64,000 nt of DNA from Fibrobacterales bacterium (GCA_051532035.1 JAOPTW010000032.1:21546-85545); one strand, 5' to 3'. Numbered from the stretch's first letter, positions 19,534 to 29,373 are shown. Numbers and translations are program-made. Notes: generated by a model from the letters alone, not told the origin.

Positions 19534-20154
19534 TTAGTTATTAAGTTCTTTCAATATCAGGGTTACACCAAGCTCAATTTGCTTTTTAACCCAATGAATT
19601 CTGTCTTCGACTCTATGAATAAGTAACACAAGTGGAAACGCAATTACAAGACCTGATTGTGTGGTAATAAGTGCCTCAGAAATACCTCCAGCCATTAAAC
19701 CAGGATTAGAGTTCCCATAAAGAGTAATCACATCAAAGGTACTCATCATCCCAGTTACCGTCCCCAACAAGCCAAGAAGTGGCGCAAGCCCTGCAAGTAC
19801 CACCGCAAACTGTAATCCTTTATCAATATTAACGAGGTTTTTACCAATTCTCTCTTTCAAGATATTATTGAGACCCACACCTTTTGATCGATGAAATTTA
19901 ATTGCAAGACGTAGGTTTCGAGATATAATACCGGGATTATTTTTCAGCAACCGTTCAGCCTCAGTATACCGTTTCTGCTGTACCAATTGGCTCATCTCAT
20001 TTATCATTGCATGAGTATCGGGCCGATACATATCATACCCTATATTTCTTACAAGCATAAAGAGAATATAAAAAGCCCAGGCCCCCGCCAGAAAGATAGG
20101 AAGTAATACCCATCCCCCCGCTTGAACTGCTTCGTATAATGCATCAACTAACAC
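19534..20154 (-). CDS. exbB: MotA/TolQ/ExbB proton channel protein
   Basis: APLLGLLGTVTGMM, GGISEALITTQSGLVIA. Confidence 0.9.
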   Translation of the reverse strand: MLVDALYEAVQAGGWVLLPIFLAGAWAFYILFMLVRNIGYDMYRPDTHAMINEMSQLVQQKRYTEAERLLKNNPGIISRNLRLAIKFHRSKGVGLNNILKERIGKNLVNIDKGLQFAVVLAGLAPLLGLLGTVTGMMSTFDVITLYGNSNPGLMAGGISEALITTQSGLVIAFPLVLLIHRVEDRIHWVKKQIELGVTLILKELNN

Positions 20155-20156
20155 CG

Positions 20157-21653
20157 TTACAGCTCCGAACCTGAATCAGGCCATATTTTATTAAGTACTT
20201 CCATACTATACCCCTGCAAGTTTGCAGTAATCGACTCCAATTTTTCAGAAAGGTATCCATGTATTAGTAAAATTGGAATAGCGATAACAAGCCCTGTCTG
20301 AGTTGTCACTAACGCCTCAGATATACCACCCGCAAGTATTTTGGGGTCATTCGTCCCCACGTCCGTGATAACCATAAAGAGAGTAATCATACCTGACACC
20401 GTGCCTAAAAGCCCTAAAAGTGGAGCTGAAGCTCCAAGGGCCGCGACAATACCGAGTCGCTTCTCTAATTCAGGAAGCTCTTTAAGCAAGTTCTCTTTCA
20501 CTGCTTTCTCTGCTCCATCTCTACTGCCCTCCACACTATTCATAATGGCATAGATTACACAACTTAAACTCGACTTACTCGCATTACATACCTTTTTGAC
20601 CCCTTCCCAATTTTTCTTGCGAACCATTGGTCTAATCGTTCTCATAAAGCGCTCTTCCGATCGTCCTCTTTTTCGGTAGAGTAACAATCGTTCTAGAGCT
20701 AAGATAAATGCTAGGAATGCACATCCAATCAATGGGTACATCACTACACCACCTTTACCAAACCACACTTGCACCTCTACCCAAAACCCGCTCTTCGCAT
20801 CTTTTGTATAACCACGGCCCAAAGATTTAGTTTGCAACACATCCATTGGAATAACTACTGCCACCTTTGCCCCCACTGCAGCACTGATTGCTGTCGCAAC
20901 ATTTTGTTCATACGATTCTTTAAGATTACTTCTCCACGTAAATATTTTACCTTGTAACTGACCGGTTCTCAAAAGTGTCTGTACTCTATTTTGGCCACCT
21001 CGTTCAAGCTCACCGATAAACACCGTACCTAATCGGAGTTGTTTTACGGGCACATCAGCAATCCCTGCAACAATGCTATTCTTTTGCCTTAACTCCTGAG
21101 TAATCGTTAATTCAAGTCGATTTGCTCGTTCAGCCACATAGAGTTCAATAGCTTCATGTATTGAGTTTTTCGATTCTGCAAGTGAAGAGGCCTTAGAAAG
21201 CTGTGCTGTTCTTTCAGTTATGCGCAGAGGCATATCCCGACTTAATTCCTGAGCTTGTTTATCAATATTCTGTTTTACTTCCGTCTTAAAGCCCTCAATA
21301 CGGTCGTTCAATACCTCGAGTCGTTCACCCTCTTCTTCTGTAAACCGCTTATACCTCTGCAATTCATCTTTTTTAATAGCAGCTGTTGATGCAAGTTTTG
21401 TATAACGGGATTCAAGCATACGAGTTTTATCTTCAAACTCTTTTGCCTGAATATTCTGCTTATATCGAGCATTCCAACGATCAGCCTCCTTCTTTTCGAG
21501 AACATTAAGCTTTTCATTTTTTAAAGATTTAAGCGCTACAATCTCTTTCTTAAGAAGCGCAGCTTTTTTCACTTCAGCATCATTTTTTTCAGCGGCAACA
21601 AGAGGCGCCCCTACAAACAGAGCTATTAACGCAATACTCATAATCTTTTTCAT
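20157..21653 (-). CDS. Large MotA/TolQ/ExbB protein with a periplasmic coiled-coil N-domain (TtpC-like)
   Basis: Signal peptide, long helical region, then APLLGLLGTVSGMI and GGISEALVTTQTGL. Confidence 0.85.
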   Translation of the reverse strand: MKKIMSIALIALFVGAPLVAAEKNDAEVKKAALLKKEIVALKSLKNEKLNVLEKKEADRWNARYKQNIQAKEFEDKTRMLESRYTKLASTAAIKKDELQRYKRFTEEEGERLEVLNDRIEGFKTEVKQNIDKQAQELSRDMPLRITERTAQLSKASSLAESKNSIHEAIELYVAERANRLELTITQELRQKNSIVAGIADVPVKQLRLGTVFIGELERGGQNRVQTLLRTGQLQGKIFTWRSNLKESYEQNVATAISAAVGAKVAVVIPMDVLQTKSLGRGYTKDAKSGFWVEVQVWFGKGGVVMYPLIGCAFLAFILALERLLLYRKRGRSEERFMRTIRPMVRKKNWEGVKKVCNASKSSLSCVIYAIMNSVEGSRDGAEKAVKENLLKELPELEKRLGIVAALGASAPLLGLLGTVSGMITLFMVITDVGTNDPKILAGGISEALVTTQTGLVIAIPILLIHGYLSEKLESITANLQGYSMEVLNKIWPDSGSEL

Positions 21654-22498
21654 TATTTAACCTCACTTGTGAGAGAAAGAGACAGTGGCAGTGAAACAAT
21701 TTCCGGTGCTTTTTTAGCAAGCTTAACGTCAATAGCATTTCTCACCATTTCACGTTCTGAGAAATTCAAATCCTCTATCCAAACATACGAGAGAACCCCG
21801 TCCTTCATTTCTCTTTTTAATACGCCATATAGCTTTTCATCTTCATCGACATAAACCATCCACTGATTACCAATCCGCAACATCTTAACGTTTGCCACTT
21901 CACCATCTTTTCGAACAACCGATGTTGTTGTAACAACCACTTCATCACCAAAGCGGATTTCCTCTGAAAGAATAGATTTTAAACGTCCAAAACCTTCTTC
22001 AGGAGTTGCGTTACCACTTTCCAGGTCTCGTTTAAGTACAGCAATTCTTTCAAGTCGCACATTTTTCTTCTCTGGAAGCGACCGTTCTATGAGGCTTTCT
22101 ACATTCCCCGCCAACGTAGCCAATTTCTTGGTTAGAAACTCAGCATAAGCCTTACTATTTTTAATTCTTACTTCAAGTGATTGCTGCTGTTGAACCTCTT
22201 TTTGAATAGCAGCCTGAACTCCTGTGAGTTCTTTTTGAATAGCTTCCAACTCACTGGTCCGACGAACCACATCATCAGTATGCCTTTTCTTCAAAAGTGC
22301 AAAGCGCGACTCCTCCATACGACTTAATGAATCAGTCTGATCAATTTTTAATTTAAGTTCCTTTATGTCCTTTGCAAGAGACTCTTTAATGGTCTCTAAA
22401 GAATCAATTGCATCTGCACTATTTGCAAATATTTGAATATTCAAGCACAACAATAGTGCAAAAATAGTTGCTGGTATAGTTATGGTACGTTGTTTCAT
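21653..22498 (-). CDS. DUF3450-like coiled-coil protein
   Basis: Signal peptide, coiled coil, SLP....RLERI, LRIG, PEIVSLPL; position immediately before the TtpC-like gene. Confidence 0.7.
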   Translation of the reverse strand: MKQRTITIPATIFALLLCLNIQIFANSADAIDSLETIKESLAKDIKELKLKIDQTDSLSRMEESRFALLKKRHTDDVVRRTSELEAIQKELTGVQAAIQKEVQQQQSLEVRIKNSKAYAEFLTKKLATLAGNVESLIERSLPEKKNVRLERIAVLKRDLESGNATPEEGFGRLKSILSEEIRFGDEVVVTTTSVVRKDGEVANVKMLRIGNQWMVYVDEDEKLYGVLKREMKDGVLSYVWIEDLNFSEREMVRNAIDVKLAKKAPEIVSLPLSLSLTSEVK

Positions 22499-22507
22499 TC
22501 TTTTCCT

Positions 22508-24361
22508 CTATTGTATACAAACAGTCTGTTGTGGGTTTTCGACGCAATACTGTGCAGCCTCTTTTTCAAGTACCCGTGAATATCTTCCTTCTTTCTTAAG
22601 TTGCTCAACATAGAGCACTAACCCCGGTCCACATTGTGGAAACAGCGTCATATCCCATTGCTTATCGCTACAATAATCAAAGAGTTGATCCTTCTCTATT
22701 GAATTTTGATTTGTATTCCATGCCTTAGTTTTGATTGAATCACACAGTGGCGAAAGGTAGTTCTCATTCAGGCAATAGCGATTAAAGCCCTCATCCACTG
22801 AGTACTCAAGCTTACTATACTGGATCAAATAAGTATTACGCTCCATAATCTCATTATTTTCTGGCAATGCTTGAGTTACAGAATCAAATGCCATTATTGA
22901 GTCAACAGGTACTTGCCATACTGAATCAAGTTCTTCTTCCCACGTCACTAAGAGTTGAGAAAACTCAATAGTATCAAGATATCCATCCAATTTTTGCGCA
23001 ACAAAAACAGGATGGCACACTTCATTAGTAAAACGGATAGACTCACACCATGGTTCGAGATACTCCCGACACCGCTGAGTATCCCCCCAGTCTTTACTAC
23101 ACCGGTCAACAATAGTCTCTTCTCTCGTAAAATAATCTTCTGTTGAATCTATACGAACCACGAACTCAAACGAATCGACAATAGCACTTGAAAAGAAGCC
23201 TCGAGCACCATTGATATTAAAGACCGGGGGTGTTTTCGTGTCACTTTCGGCCATAATTGTCCCATCAACATATTTATAATACTCACGGTCATAGGCATAA
23301 AAATAGACCTTATTATACCCGCCAACATACCAAATATTAAACACTGCTATATTATCGAGAAGCAAGCCTCCACTGGGACTCTCTTGCTGCGGATAAATAA
23401 TAAGTCGCCTCAAGTTTCCATTATAATAATAGTCAGCTGCCGTAGATGGGATACCCACAAACTGTTCGAGATCAAAAGCATTTTTAGGAAACGTCGATGC
23501 ACTATCATCAAATGCATGAGTGATTAACACTGATTCAACATCATCACTATACGTTGTTGGATAAATATGTTGACTCGTATTTTGTGTTCCATACAAATAG
23601 TTAATGGTATCACCCCGAGTGTAATAACTTACCTTCTCGAGTGTGCCATCAATTCTTACCGCTTCATCATATATGGAATCTAAGTTCTCTTCCATAAACT
23701 GTATCAACCGTTCAGGGTTTTGCTGAAGAAGCTGTGGTATTTTTTCAAAATCAGGCTGGCCCGTTTCATCATATATTTGAGGAAGAAGATCTGCATATAG
23801 TACCAATAATTCACTCTGAAAAATTGTTAACAACTCTATTTGTATACGACTATCAAGTAGGCTAAACCATTGAATATACCCTGTTGAATCAACCGGCTTT
23901 GGTGCAAGTGAGGGTAATGTCAAGTTCGCAGTATCCTTAAGGTCAAACATCCCAGGCACCTGTGTTTCGGCTGAAAATGTTGTCACGACCTGTGTACCCA
24001 AACTATCCCACCATATTGAACCTGCCAATGTGTAGACTTCACCTCGTAGAATAATGAGACCTGAATCACTCACAAAACTATTGGCAATATCGTCACTCGA
24101 CGTAAGGGGATACTGTACACCGTTATGAGTCAGTGACACTGATGCAGAATCATAAAAGTTGAAATAGGGGGTCCGGACCTCATTCAGTTCATGAAGCATT
24201 TCTACATAGACTTCCGTCACCGGCCTATCTGCAATCAATGTCGCAGTAACATACAATCCATTATAGGGCTCTTCTGCCTCAGGAGAGTACTCCCAAGGTC
24301 CAGGAATTGATTCACACCCTAAGAACAATAACACAGCTAATAATCCAAAATATTTATTCAT
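22508..24361 (-). CDS. Lipoprotein (DUF4249-like N-region) partnering the TonB-dependent receptor, with a Cys-rich C-terminus
   Basis: Lipobox FLGC; FNINGARGFF; directly downstream of the receptor. Confidence 0.65.
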   Translation of the reverse strand: MNKYFGLLAVLLFLGCESIPGPWEYSPEAEEPYNGLYVTATLIADRPVTEVYVEMLHELNEVRTPYFNFYDSASVSLTHNGVQYPLTSSDDIANSFVSDSGLIILRGEVYTLAGSIWWDSLGTQVVTTFSAETQVPGMFDLKDTANLTLPSLAPKPVDSTGYIQWFSLLDSRIQIELLTIFQSELLVLYADLLPQIYDETGQPDFEKIPQLLQQNPERLIQFMEENLDSIYDEAVRIDGTLEKVSYYTRGDTINYLYGTQNTSQHIYPTTYSDDVESVLITHAFDDSASTFPKNAFDLEQFVGIPSTAADYYYNGNLRRLIIYPQQESPSGGLLLDNIAVFNIWYVGGYNKVYFYAYDREYYKYVDGTIMAESDTKTPPVFNINGARGFFSSAIVDSFEFVVRIDSTEDYFTREETIVDRCSKDWGDTQRCREYLEPWCESIRFTNEVCHPVFVAQKLDGYLDTIEFSQLLVTWEEELDSVWQVPVDSIMAFDSVTQALPENNEIMERNTYLIQYSKLEYSVDEGFNRYCLNENYLSPLCDSIKTKAWNTNQNSIEKDQLFDYCSDKQWDMTLFPQCGPGLVLYVEQLKKEGRYSRVLEKEAAQYCVENPQQTVCIQ

Positions 24362-24370
24362 ACAGTTCTC

Positions 24371-26917
24371 CTAAAAGCGATATTCGTAGTTGAGGAACAC
24401 AGGTAAAAAGGGCAATTGATTAAACTCTTCACGTATAGGAATATCACCAGTGGTGTCGTAAAAGTACTGAAATACATTTTCATGATTTGTCACATTTATT
24501 ATTGTAAATGATAGATTCCACTTTCCTTCACGTCCGATATCGAACAACTTGACATCAAATCTAAAATAGGCTGGATACCGAGCTTCATTTCTTCCGCGTA
24601 GTGGCACCGATGTGTTATTTTCATAGCCAGGAGTTGGCCCCCCAGGCGAAACCCCATTACCCTGACCAACTTCATGAGTAGTCAAGTGACCGGCTACTTC
24701 AGAATAAGGGAGCCCTGTTGCATATTTAATCGCGATAGAACTATTCCAATAACGGCCTGGTACATCATGTTTCCATATACCATCTTTCCCTTTCCAATTA
24801 ATTCCTGCATCTATCTTCACACTATGAGTTTGATCCCAGTTAGCAGAGTATGCTGCATCATTTTTTGCTTTACTTGATGCATCAGAGCCCAGGTCTTGCA
24901 CTATTGATCGACCATAGGTATAACTAACACCGCCAAACACTTTGCCAGCATCTTTTCGAATAAGTGTTTCAAATCCATAGCTATAGCCTTCGCCCATCTT
25001 AAAGAAATCACCAAAGACATTATCTCTACTCTGTACAATACTATCTGCGGTGCCATTAATATCAAACACATAGAGGTTTTTAAAGGTTTTATAATACGTT
25101 TCAAGTGTCACATCAAACATATCAAACACTTGAGGTCTAAAGAATCCAAGTGAAAGTAAATTCGACTCTGATGGTTTCATTTCAGTAAAATTGGTTTTAC
25201 GAGTCGGGTAATAAAATTCATTAATACTCTCCTGATCACTAAACTGTAAATTATTAATAAACTGTTTGTAATGGCCCAAATGGAAATCAATAATTTGTTG
25301 AGCAGGCAATTTGAACTGTAATGATATTCGGGGTTCAAAATAGACATTCATCAAATCACTATGGAGTGATGCACGAAGGCCTGGTGTTATCGTTATATCA
25401 CCAACAGTATATTTATCTTCTAAAAACGCTGAATGGAGCCAAAAATCATACTGATCAATACTTGTAAAATCTGATGCTTCACTTTCAGCAGAGTCATTAC
25501 TTTGCCCCCCTTTAAACTCTTGTATAAAGGCGATATCGAGAAGCTGCGATTCTATACCCACTGCGACTTGTTGGTTGCTCATACCAGTATAACGAGCCCC
25601 TCCTTTAAATACAACACCCCACATCTCATTTTTAAAACTACTTATTCCTTGCAGACCAAACATCTGGTGAAACTTACTGTAACTTGCAGACCCAAATAGA
25701 TTAATATCTTTAAATGCATTATTGTAAATATAATTCGTTGCATACAGCTCATTTCCCCACTCAACTTTAAAGGGCCCAAAGTCTAACTGATCTTCTCCAC
25801 GATACATACTTGTCATGATACTTTCATCTTCAGAAAAGTCATACGCTACATTACCCTGCAGATCCCAAAAATCATAATCAATCTCTAGATCCGTCAGACC
25901 TACCCATCGAAAAGCATCGAGCATTGAACTAAACCAGGTCATGCGTCCTGCCATAAGCCAACGCACATTATTGTGGCGCCCCTCCCAATGGAGTTGCCCT
26001 GCAAAGGTACTGATCTTAGCTGTTGAATTTGAAAAATATGTATTCGCCGAATCATTGCCACCTTTTCGCGAATGAACGTCGACCACAGATGCAAGCCTAT
26101 TTCCATATTCTGGACTAAAGCCGCCTTTATAAAAATTCACTTCTTCGATACCCTCTACTAAAAATGTTGAGAAGAGTCCAAAAAAGTGAATCGGTGAATA
26201 GACTATACCATTGTCAAAAAGAAAGAGGTTTTGGTCTGAACTCGCTCCTCGCACATAGAGTTTAGAAGAAAAGTCTGAACTAGCAACAACCCCAGGCAAA
26301 GCCTGAATGGATTTTATAACATCAGCCTCTGCAAGGCTCGGCATTCTCCTAATTGACTTAGCCGAAATAGTGGTCTTACCGAGCGCCCTTTTAGGTCTCT
26401 TTCTCAAACGAACCACAGTCTTACGCAATTTAGTTCGTTTCTCAATTGTCTGATTAACATCACTACTCAAGTCACTCTCAAGACTATCCATTGCTGGTGC
26501 AGTCGTATCGACATACGCTGTCAGTTGCACCTCTTCTTCTCTATTGTCAAAAAGCATCTCGCCACTCACGGCTTCGCCAATTACTTGATTAAATGCAGAG
26601 TCATTTGTTGTATGGGTTATTTCGTAACACTTCTCTTTTTCTGTGTCACTAAAACAGATATTCCATAGTGAGTCAAAGGGGAGCACTAAATCAAACGGAA
26701 CGCCATACATTACCGATTGCTGTGCCCCACTCTCAAGTACTTCTAATGATACAGAGTCGCTCTTTATAAAGAGGGAGTCCTGTAACACTCCAGTAAACAG
26801 GAAGCCTGAAGGTTTTTTAAGGGCGAGTGAATCTACCTTCTTTTCTGCAGTCACTAAACTACAAAAGAGAACGGCCAAAATCACAAGCACTCTTTTTAGG
26901 TCATAGCTATAGTTCAT
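24371..26917 (-). CDS. TonB-dependent receptor
   Basis: Plug DVIKSIQALPGV..LYVRGASSDQNLFLFD..KGGFSPEYGNRLASV; EPRIS; C-terminal YEYRF. Confidence 0.92.
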   Translation of the reverse strand: MNYSYDLKRVLVILAVLFCSLVTAEKKVDSLALKKPSGFLFTGVLQDSLFIKSDSVSLEVLESGAQQSVMYGVPFDLVLPFDSLWNICFSDTEKEKCYEITHTTNDSAFNQVIGEAVSGEMLFDNREEEVQLTAYVDTTAPAMDSLESDLSSDVNQTIEKRTKLRKTVVRLRKRPKRALGKTTISAKSIRRMPSLAEADVIKSIQALPGVVASSDFSSKLYVRGASSDQNLFLFDNGIVYSPIHFFGLFSTFLVEGIEEVNFYKGGFSPEYGNRLASVVDVHSRKGGNDSANTYFSNSTAKISTFAGQLHWEGRHNNVRWLMAGRMTWFSSMLDAFRWVGLTDLEIDYDFWDLQGNVAYDFSEDESIMTSMYRGEDQLDFGPFKVEWGNELYATNYIYNNAFKDINLFGSASYSKFHQMFGLQGISSFKNEMWGVVFKGGARYTGMSNQQVAVGIESQLLDIAFIQEFKGGQSNDSAESEASDFTSIDQYDFWLHSAFLEDKYTVGDITITPGLRASLHSDLMNVYFEPRISLQFKLPAQQIIDFHLGHYKQFINNLQFSDQESINEFYYPTRKTNFTEMKPSESNLLSLGFFRPQVFDMFDVTLETYYKTFKNLYVFDINGTADSIVQSRDNVFGDFFKMGEGYSYGFETLIRKDAGKVFGGVSYTYGRSIVQDLGSDASSKAKNDAAYSANWDQTHSVKIDAGINWKGKDGIWKHDVPGRYWNSSIAIKYATGLPYSEVAGHLTTHEVGQGNGVSPGGPTPGYENNTSVPLRGRNEARYPAYFRFDVKLFDIGREGKWNLSFTIINVTNHENVFQYFYDTTGDIPIREEFNQLPFLPVFLNYEYRF

Positions 26918-27465
26918 TTTAAAATATTCGCCTTTCTAAATTCTGTTAATGTGTCTTGACTCCACTTCACTCTCTGTTCGCAACTCGTCAGCCCAAAGCG
27001 AAGTGTCGCAAGCCAATACTCTTTGGAGGGGTGATCAACTTCCATAAGCATTTTTTCAATTGATTGGAGCTCTATCAACTTTTCTTCAAATTGTTCTTGA
27101 TGCTCACAAAGAATTTTTCCTGCCGCCTCTCCTCCAGAGCGCGCACAGAGAAATATTTTTAATAGCACTTCTTCTCGATGACTCGGAATCTCAGTTTTTG
27201 CAACTACCCAGCTGTCGAGCGCAGCTAAACCTTTAGGCGTAATAGCGTATCTTTTTTTATCACGCTTATTGAGCGATTCACTCTGAACTTCTTCTACCCA
27301 GTTGTTTTCTTGTAGTTTTTTAAGTGCCGGATAAATTTGACCATAGCTTTCACTCCAAAAAAAGCTAATGCTTTTTTCTATGGTACTTTTAATGTCATAC
27401 CCAGTCTCAGCTCCATTTGCTAATAGACCTAATATGACATATTTTGTTCGACTCTCTTTTGCCAC
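26914..27465 (-). CDS. PadR family transcriptional regulator
   Basis: ILGLL..TGYDIK..FFWSESYGQIYPALKKL..KKRYAITPKG, plus a C-terminal helical domain. Confidence 0.93.
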   Translation of the reverse strand: MAKESRTKYVILGLLANGAETGYDIKSTIEKSISFFWSESYGQIYPALKKLQENNWVEEVQSESLNKRDKKRYAITPKGLAALDSWVVAKTEIPSHREEVLLKIFLCARSGGEAAGKILCEHQEQFEEKLIELQSIEKMLMEVDHPSKEYWLATLRFGLTSCEQRVKWSQDTLTEFRKANILK

Positions 27466-27477
27466 AATACACCTTTA

Positions 27478-27494
27478 TATATCTAACAGATATA
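27478..27494. promoter_or_regulatory. Candidate PadR operator 1
   Basis: TATATCT-AAC-AGATATA perfect inverted repeat, 12 bp upstream of the padR start. Confidence 0.6.
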
Positions 27495-27601
27495 AATTAG
27501 TAATCATTTATATTTTTATGGATACTTTTACTCATTTTTTACTCACTACTCGAAATTTATTATCTCTTTAACTTGTTTAAAAACAACTTGTTACAAAGCA
27601 T

Positions 27602-27712
27602 TCACCCAACAAGTATATAAAAACATGTCTTCCCAAATCTCATACTACCAAAGGCTGTTTTCCTTAGAATGTCAGCAAAACTTAATGCTGAATATTTAAT
27701 TATTTTAGTCAT
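27602..27712 (-). CDS. Candidate 36-aa small protein MTKIIKYSALSFADILRKTAFGSMRFGKTCFYILVG
   Basis: AGGAGG 5 nt before the ATG; below the ORF-track size cut-off. Confidence 0.35.
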   Translation of the reverse strand: MTKIIKYSALSFADILRKTAFGSMRFGKTCFYILVG

Positions 27713-27733
27713 CCTATCCTCCTATTCTCTTTC

Positions 27734-27750
27734 TATATCTCTTAGACACA
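27734..27750. promoter_or_regulatory. Candidate PadR operator 2 (imperfect)
   Basis: TATATCT-CTT-AGACACA. Confidence 0.4.
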
Positions 27751-27831
27751 TAGAGATTCTCATTATGTCACCCAAATGTATACTTTGATATACTTTTCCG
27801 AGTAATTGATACATTTTGTTACACGGGCTTA

Positions 27832-27848
27832 CATATCTACAAGATATG
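27832..27848. promoter_or_regulatory. Candidate PadR operator 3
   Basis: CATATCT-ACA-AGATATG perfect inverted repeat with the same 3-bp spacer. Confidence 0.55.
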
Positions 27849-27949
27849 CGCTATAGAACCCAGAATAAGTAGACACTATCTTTCACTATTCGCTTAAAAT
27901 GCATGCTTTATACCTCACAGCCCTATGTAAACAATTGTTTACGAAAGAA

Positions 27950-27992
27950 TGTGACAACCATCACAGACAACTATTGTATCAGGAAGTATATT
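27950..27992 (+). promoter_or_regulatory. CRP-box class II-type promoter
   Basis: TGTGA-CAACCA-TCACA (27950-27965), then -10 TATATT (27987-27992). Confidence 0.6.
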
Positions 27993-27998
27993 CATTTC

Positions 27999-28105
27999 AG
28001 AGTGATTGAGAAACTACCGCTTATTTGATTGACCACTTCTTAAATTAACGTCTTCCGAAATCTAAAGGTCGGGTACGAAAAAGCTGCTTAAATGCAGCTT
28101 TTTTT
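27999..28105 (+). ncRNA. Candidate ~107-nt small RNA or attenuator leader
   Basis: Lies between the predicted promoter and an intrinsic terminator; no long ORF; no known family recognised. Confidence 0.4.
28078..28105 (+). terminator. Intrinsic terminator
   Basis: AAAAAGCTGC-TTAAAT-GCAGC-TTTTTTT. Confidence 0.75.
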
Positions 28106-28164
28106 GTTTGTATACTCTTTCAAATTTTTATCTTTCAGCTGCTAAATTTTTCATTGAGGTTATC

Positions 28165-29355
28165 ATGAGCACTGTAGTTATTATTGGCGCCGGCGGCGTT
28201 GGCAATGTTGTCACACATAAATGCGCTCAAGTACCCGATGTCTTTACCAATATCATTCTGGCGAGTCGCACTGAGTCAAAATGCACAGCTATTGCGGCTA
28301 ATGTAAAAGAGACCTTAGCTATCGAAATTACTACAGATCAAGTCGATGCAGACAATGTACCAGAACTTGTCGCTCTCTTTAAAAAGCACCGGCCCAAACT
28401 CTGCATAAATGTAGCACTCCCCTACCAAGACCTCACTATCATGGACGCTTGCCTCGAGTGCAACGTCAATTACCTCGACACTGCAAACTATGAGCCTATA
28501 GACGAAGCTAAATTTGAATACTCATGGCAATGGGCCTATCAAGATAAATTTAAGGCCAAAGGACTTACCGCACTTCTTGGCTGCGGCTTTGACCCAGGAG
28601 TTACCGGCGTCTATACCGCCTACGCCCAAAAACATTATTTTGATGAAATGCACTACATCGACATTGTAGACTGTAATGGTGGTGACCACGGTAAAGCATT
28701 TGCAACTAATTTCAATCCAGAAATCAACATCCGTGAAATCACCCAGAAGGGCAAGTACTACGATGGCAATTGGAAAGACACTAAACCCATGGAGATCCAT
28801 CAGCCTATAGACTATCCAGGAATCGGTGAGCGCGAAAGTTATCTATTGTATCACGAAGAGCTTGAATCACTGGTAAAGAACTTCACTGACATTAAACGCA
28901 TTCGATTTTGGATGACCTTTGGTCAAGAGTACCTTACCCATCTTCGTGTTCTCCAAAATGTGGGTATGACACGAATTGATGAGATCGAGTATAATGGGCA
29001 AAAGATTGTCCCTCTTCAATTTTTAAAAGCAGTACTTCCGGAACCTTCATCGCTTGCTGAAAATTACACCGGTCTCACCTGTATCGGTGTACAAGTTAAG
29101 GGCATCAAAGATGGTAAAGACACAGACTACTTTGTGTACAACAACTGCGACCACGCTGCTTGTTACAAAGAGGTAAAGGCCCAAGCGGTCGGATATACTA
29201 CAGGAGTCCCTGCAATGATCGGTGCAAAAATGCTTCTCACAGGAGTTTGGTCAGGAGCTGGCGTGTTTAATGTCGAAGAATTCAATCCCGATCCCTTTAT
29301 GGAGGACCTCAATACCTATGGCCTCCCTTGGAAAGAGCGTGGGGCAATTTTTTAA
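28165..29355 (+). CDS. Carboxy(nor)spermidine dehydrogenase (saccharopine dehydrogenase family)
   Basis: IIGAGGVG, NVALPYQDL, YLDTANYE, GFDPGVT, FATNFNPEINIRE; GAGGT RBS before the ATG at 28165; adjacent to nspC. Confidence 0.92.
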   Translation: MSTVVIIGAGGVGNVVTHKCAQVPDVFTNIILASRTESKCTAIAANVKETLAIEITTDQVDADNVPELVALFKKHRPKLCINVALPYQDLTIMDACLECNVNYLDTANYEPIDEAKFEYSWQWAYQDKFKAKGLTALLGCGFDPGVTGVYTAYAQKHYFDEMHYIDIVDCNGGDHGKAFATNFNPEINIREITQKGKYYDGNWKDTKPMEIHQPIDYPGIGERESYLLYHEELESLVKNFTDIKRIRFWMTFGQEYLTHLRVLQNVGMTRIDEIEYNGQKIVPLQFLKAVLPEPSSLAENYTGLTCIGVQVKGIKDGKDTDYFVYNNCDHAACYKEVKAQAVGYTTGVPAMIGAKMLLTGVWSGAGVFNVEEFNPDPFMEDLNTYGLPWKERGAIF

Positions 29356-29373
29356 TCCACGCCCCAACTTTTT

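Noticed and set aside
28000..28105. Known riboswitch (SAM-I/spermidine, preQ1, fluoride, c-di-GMP) ahead of the polyamine genes
   Set aside because: None of the conserved cores could be matched by eye; kept only as an unclassified RNA candidate
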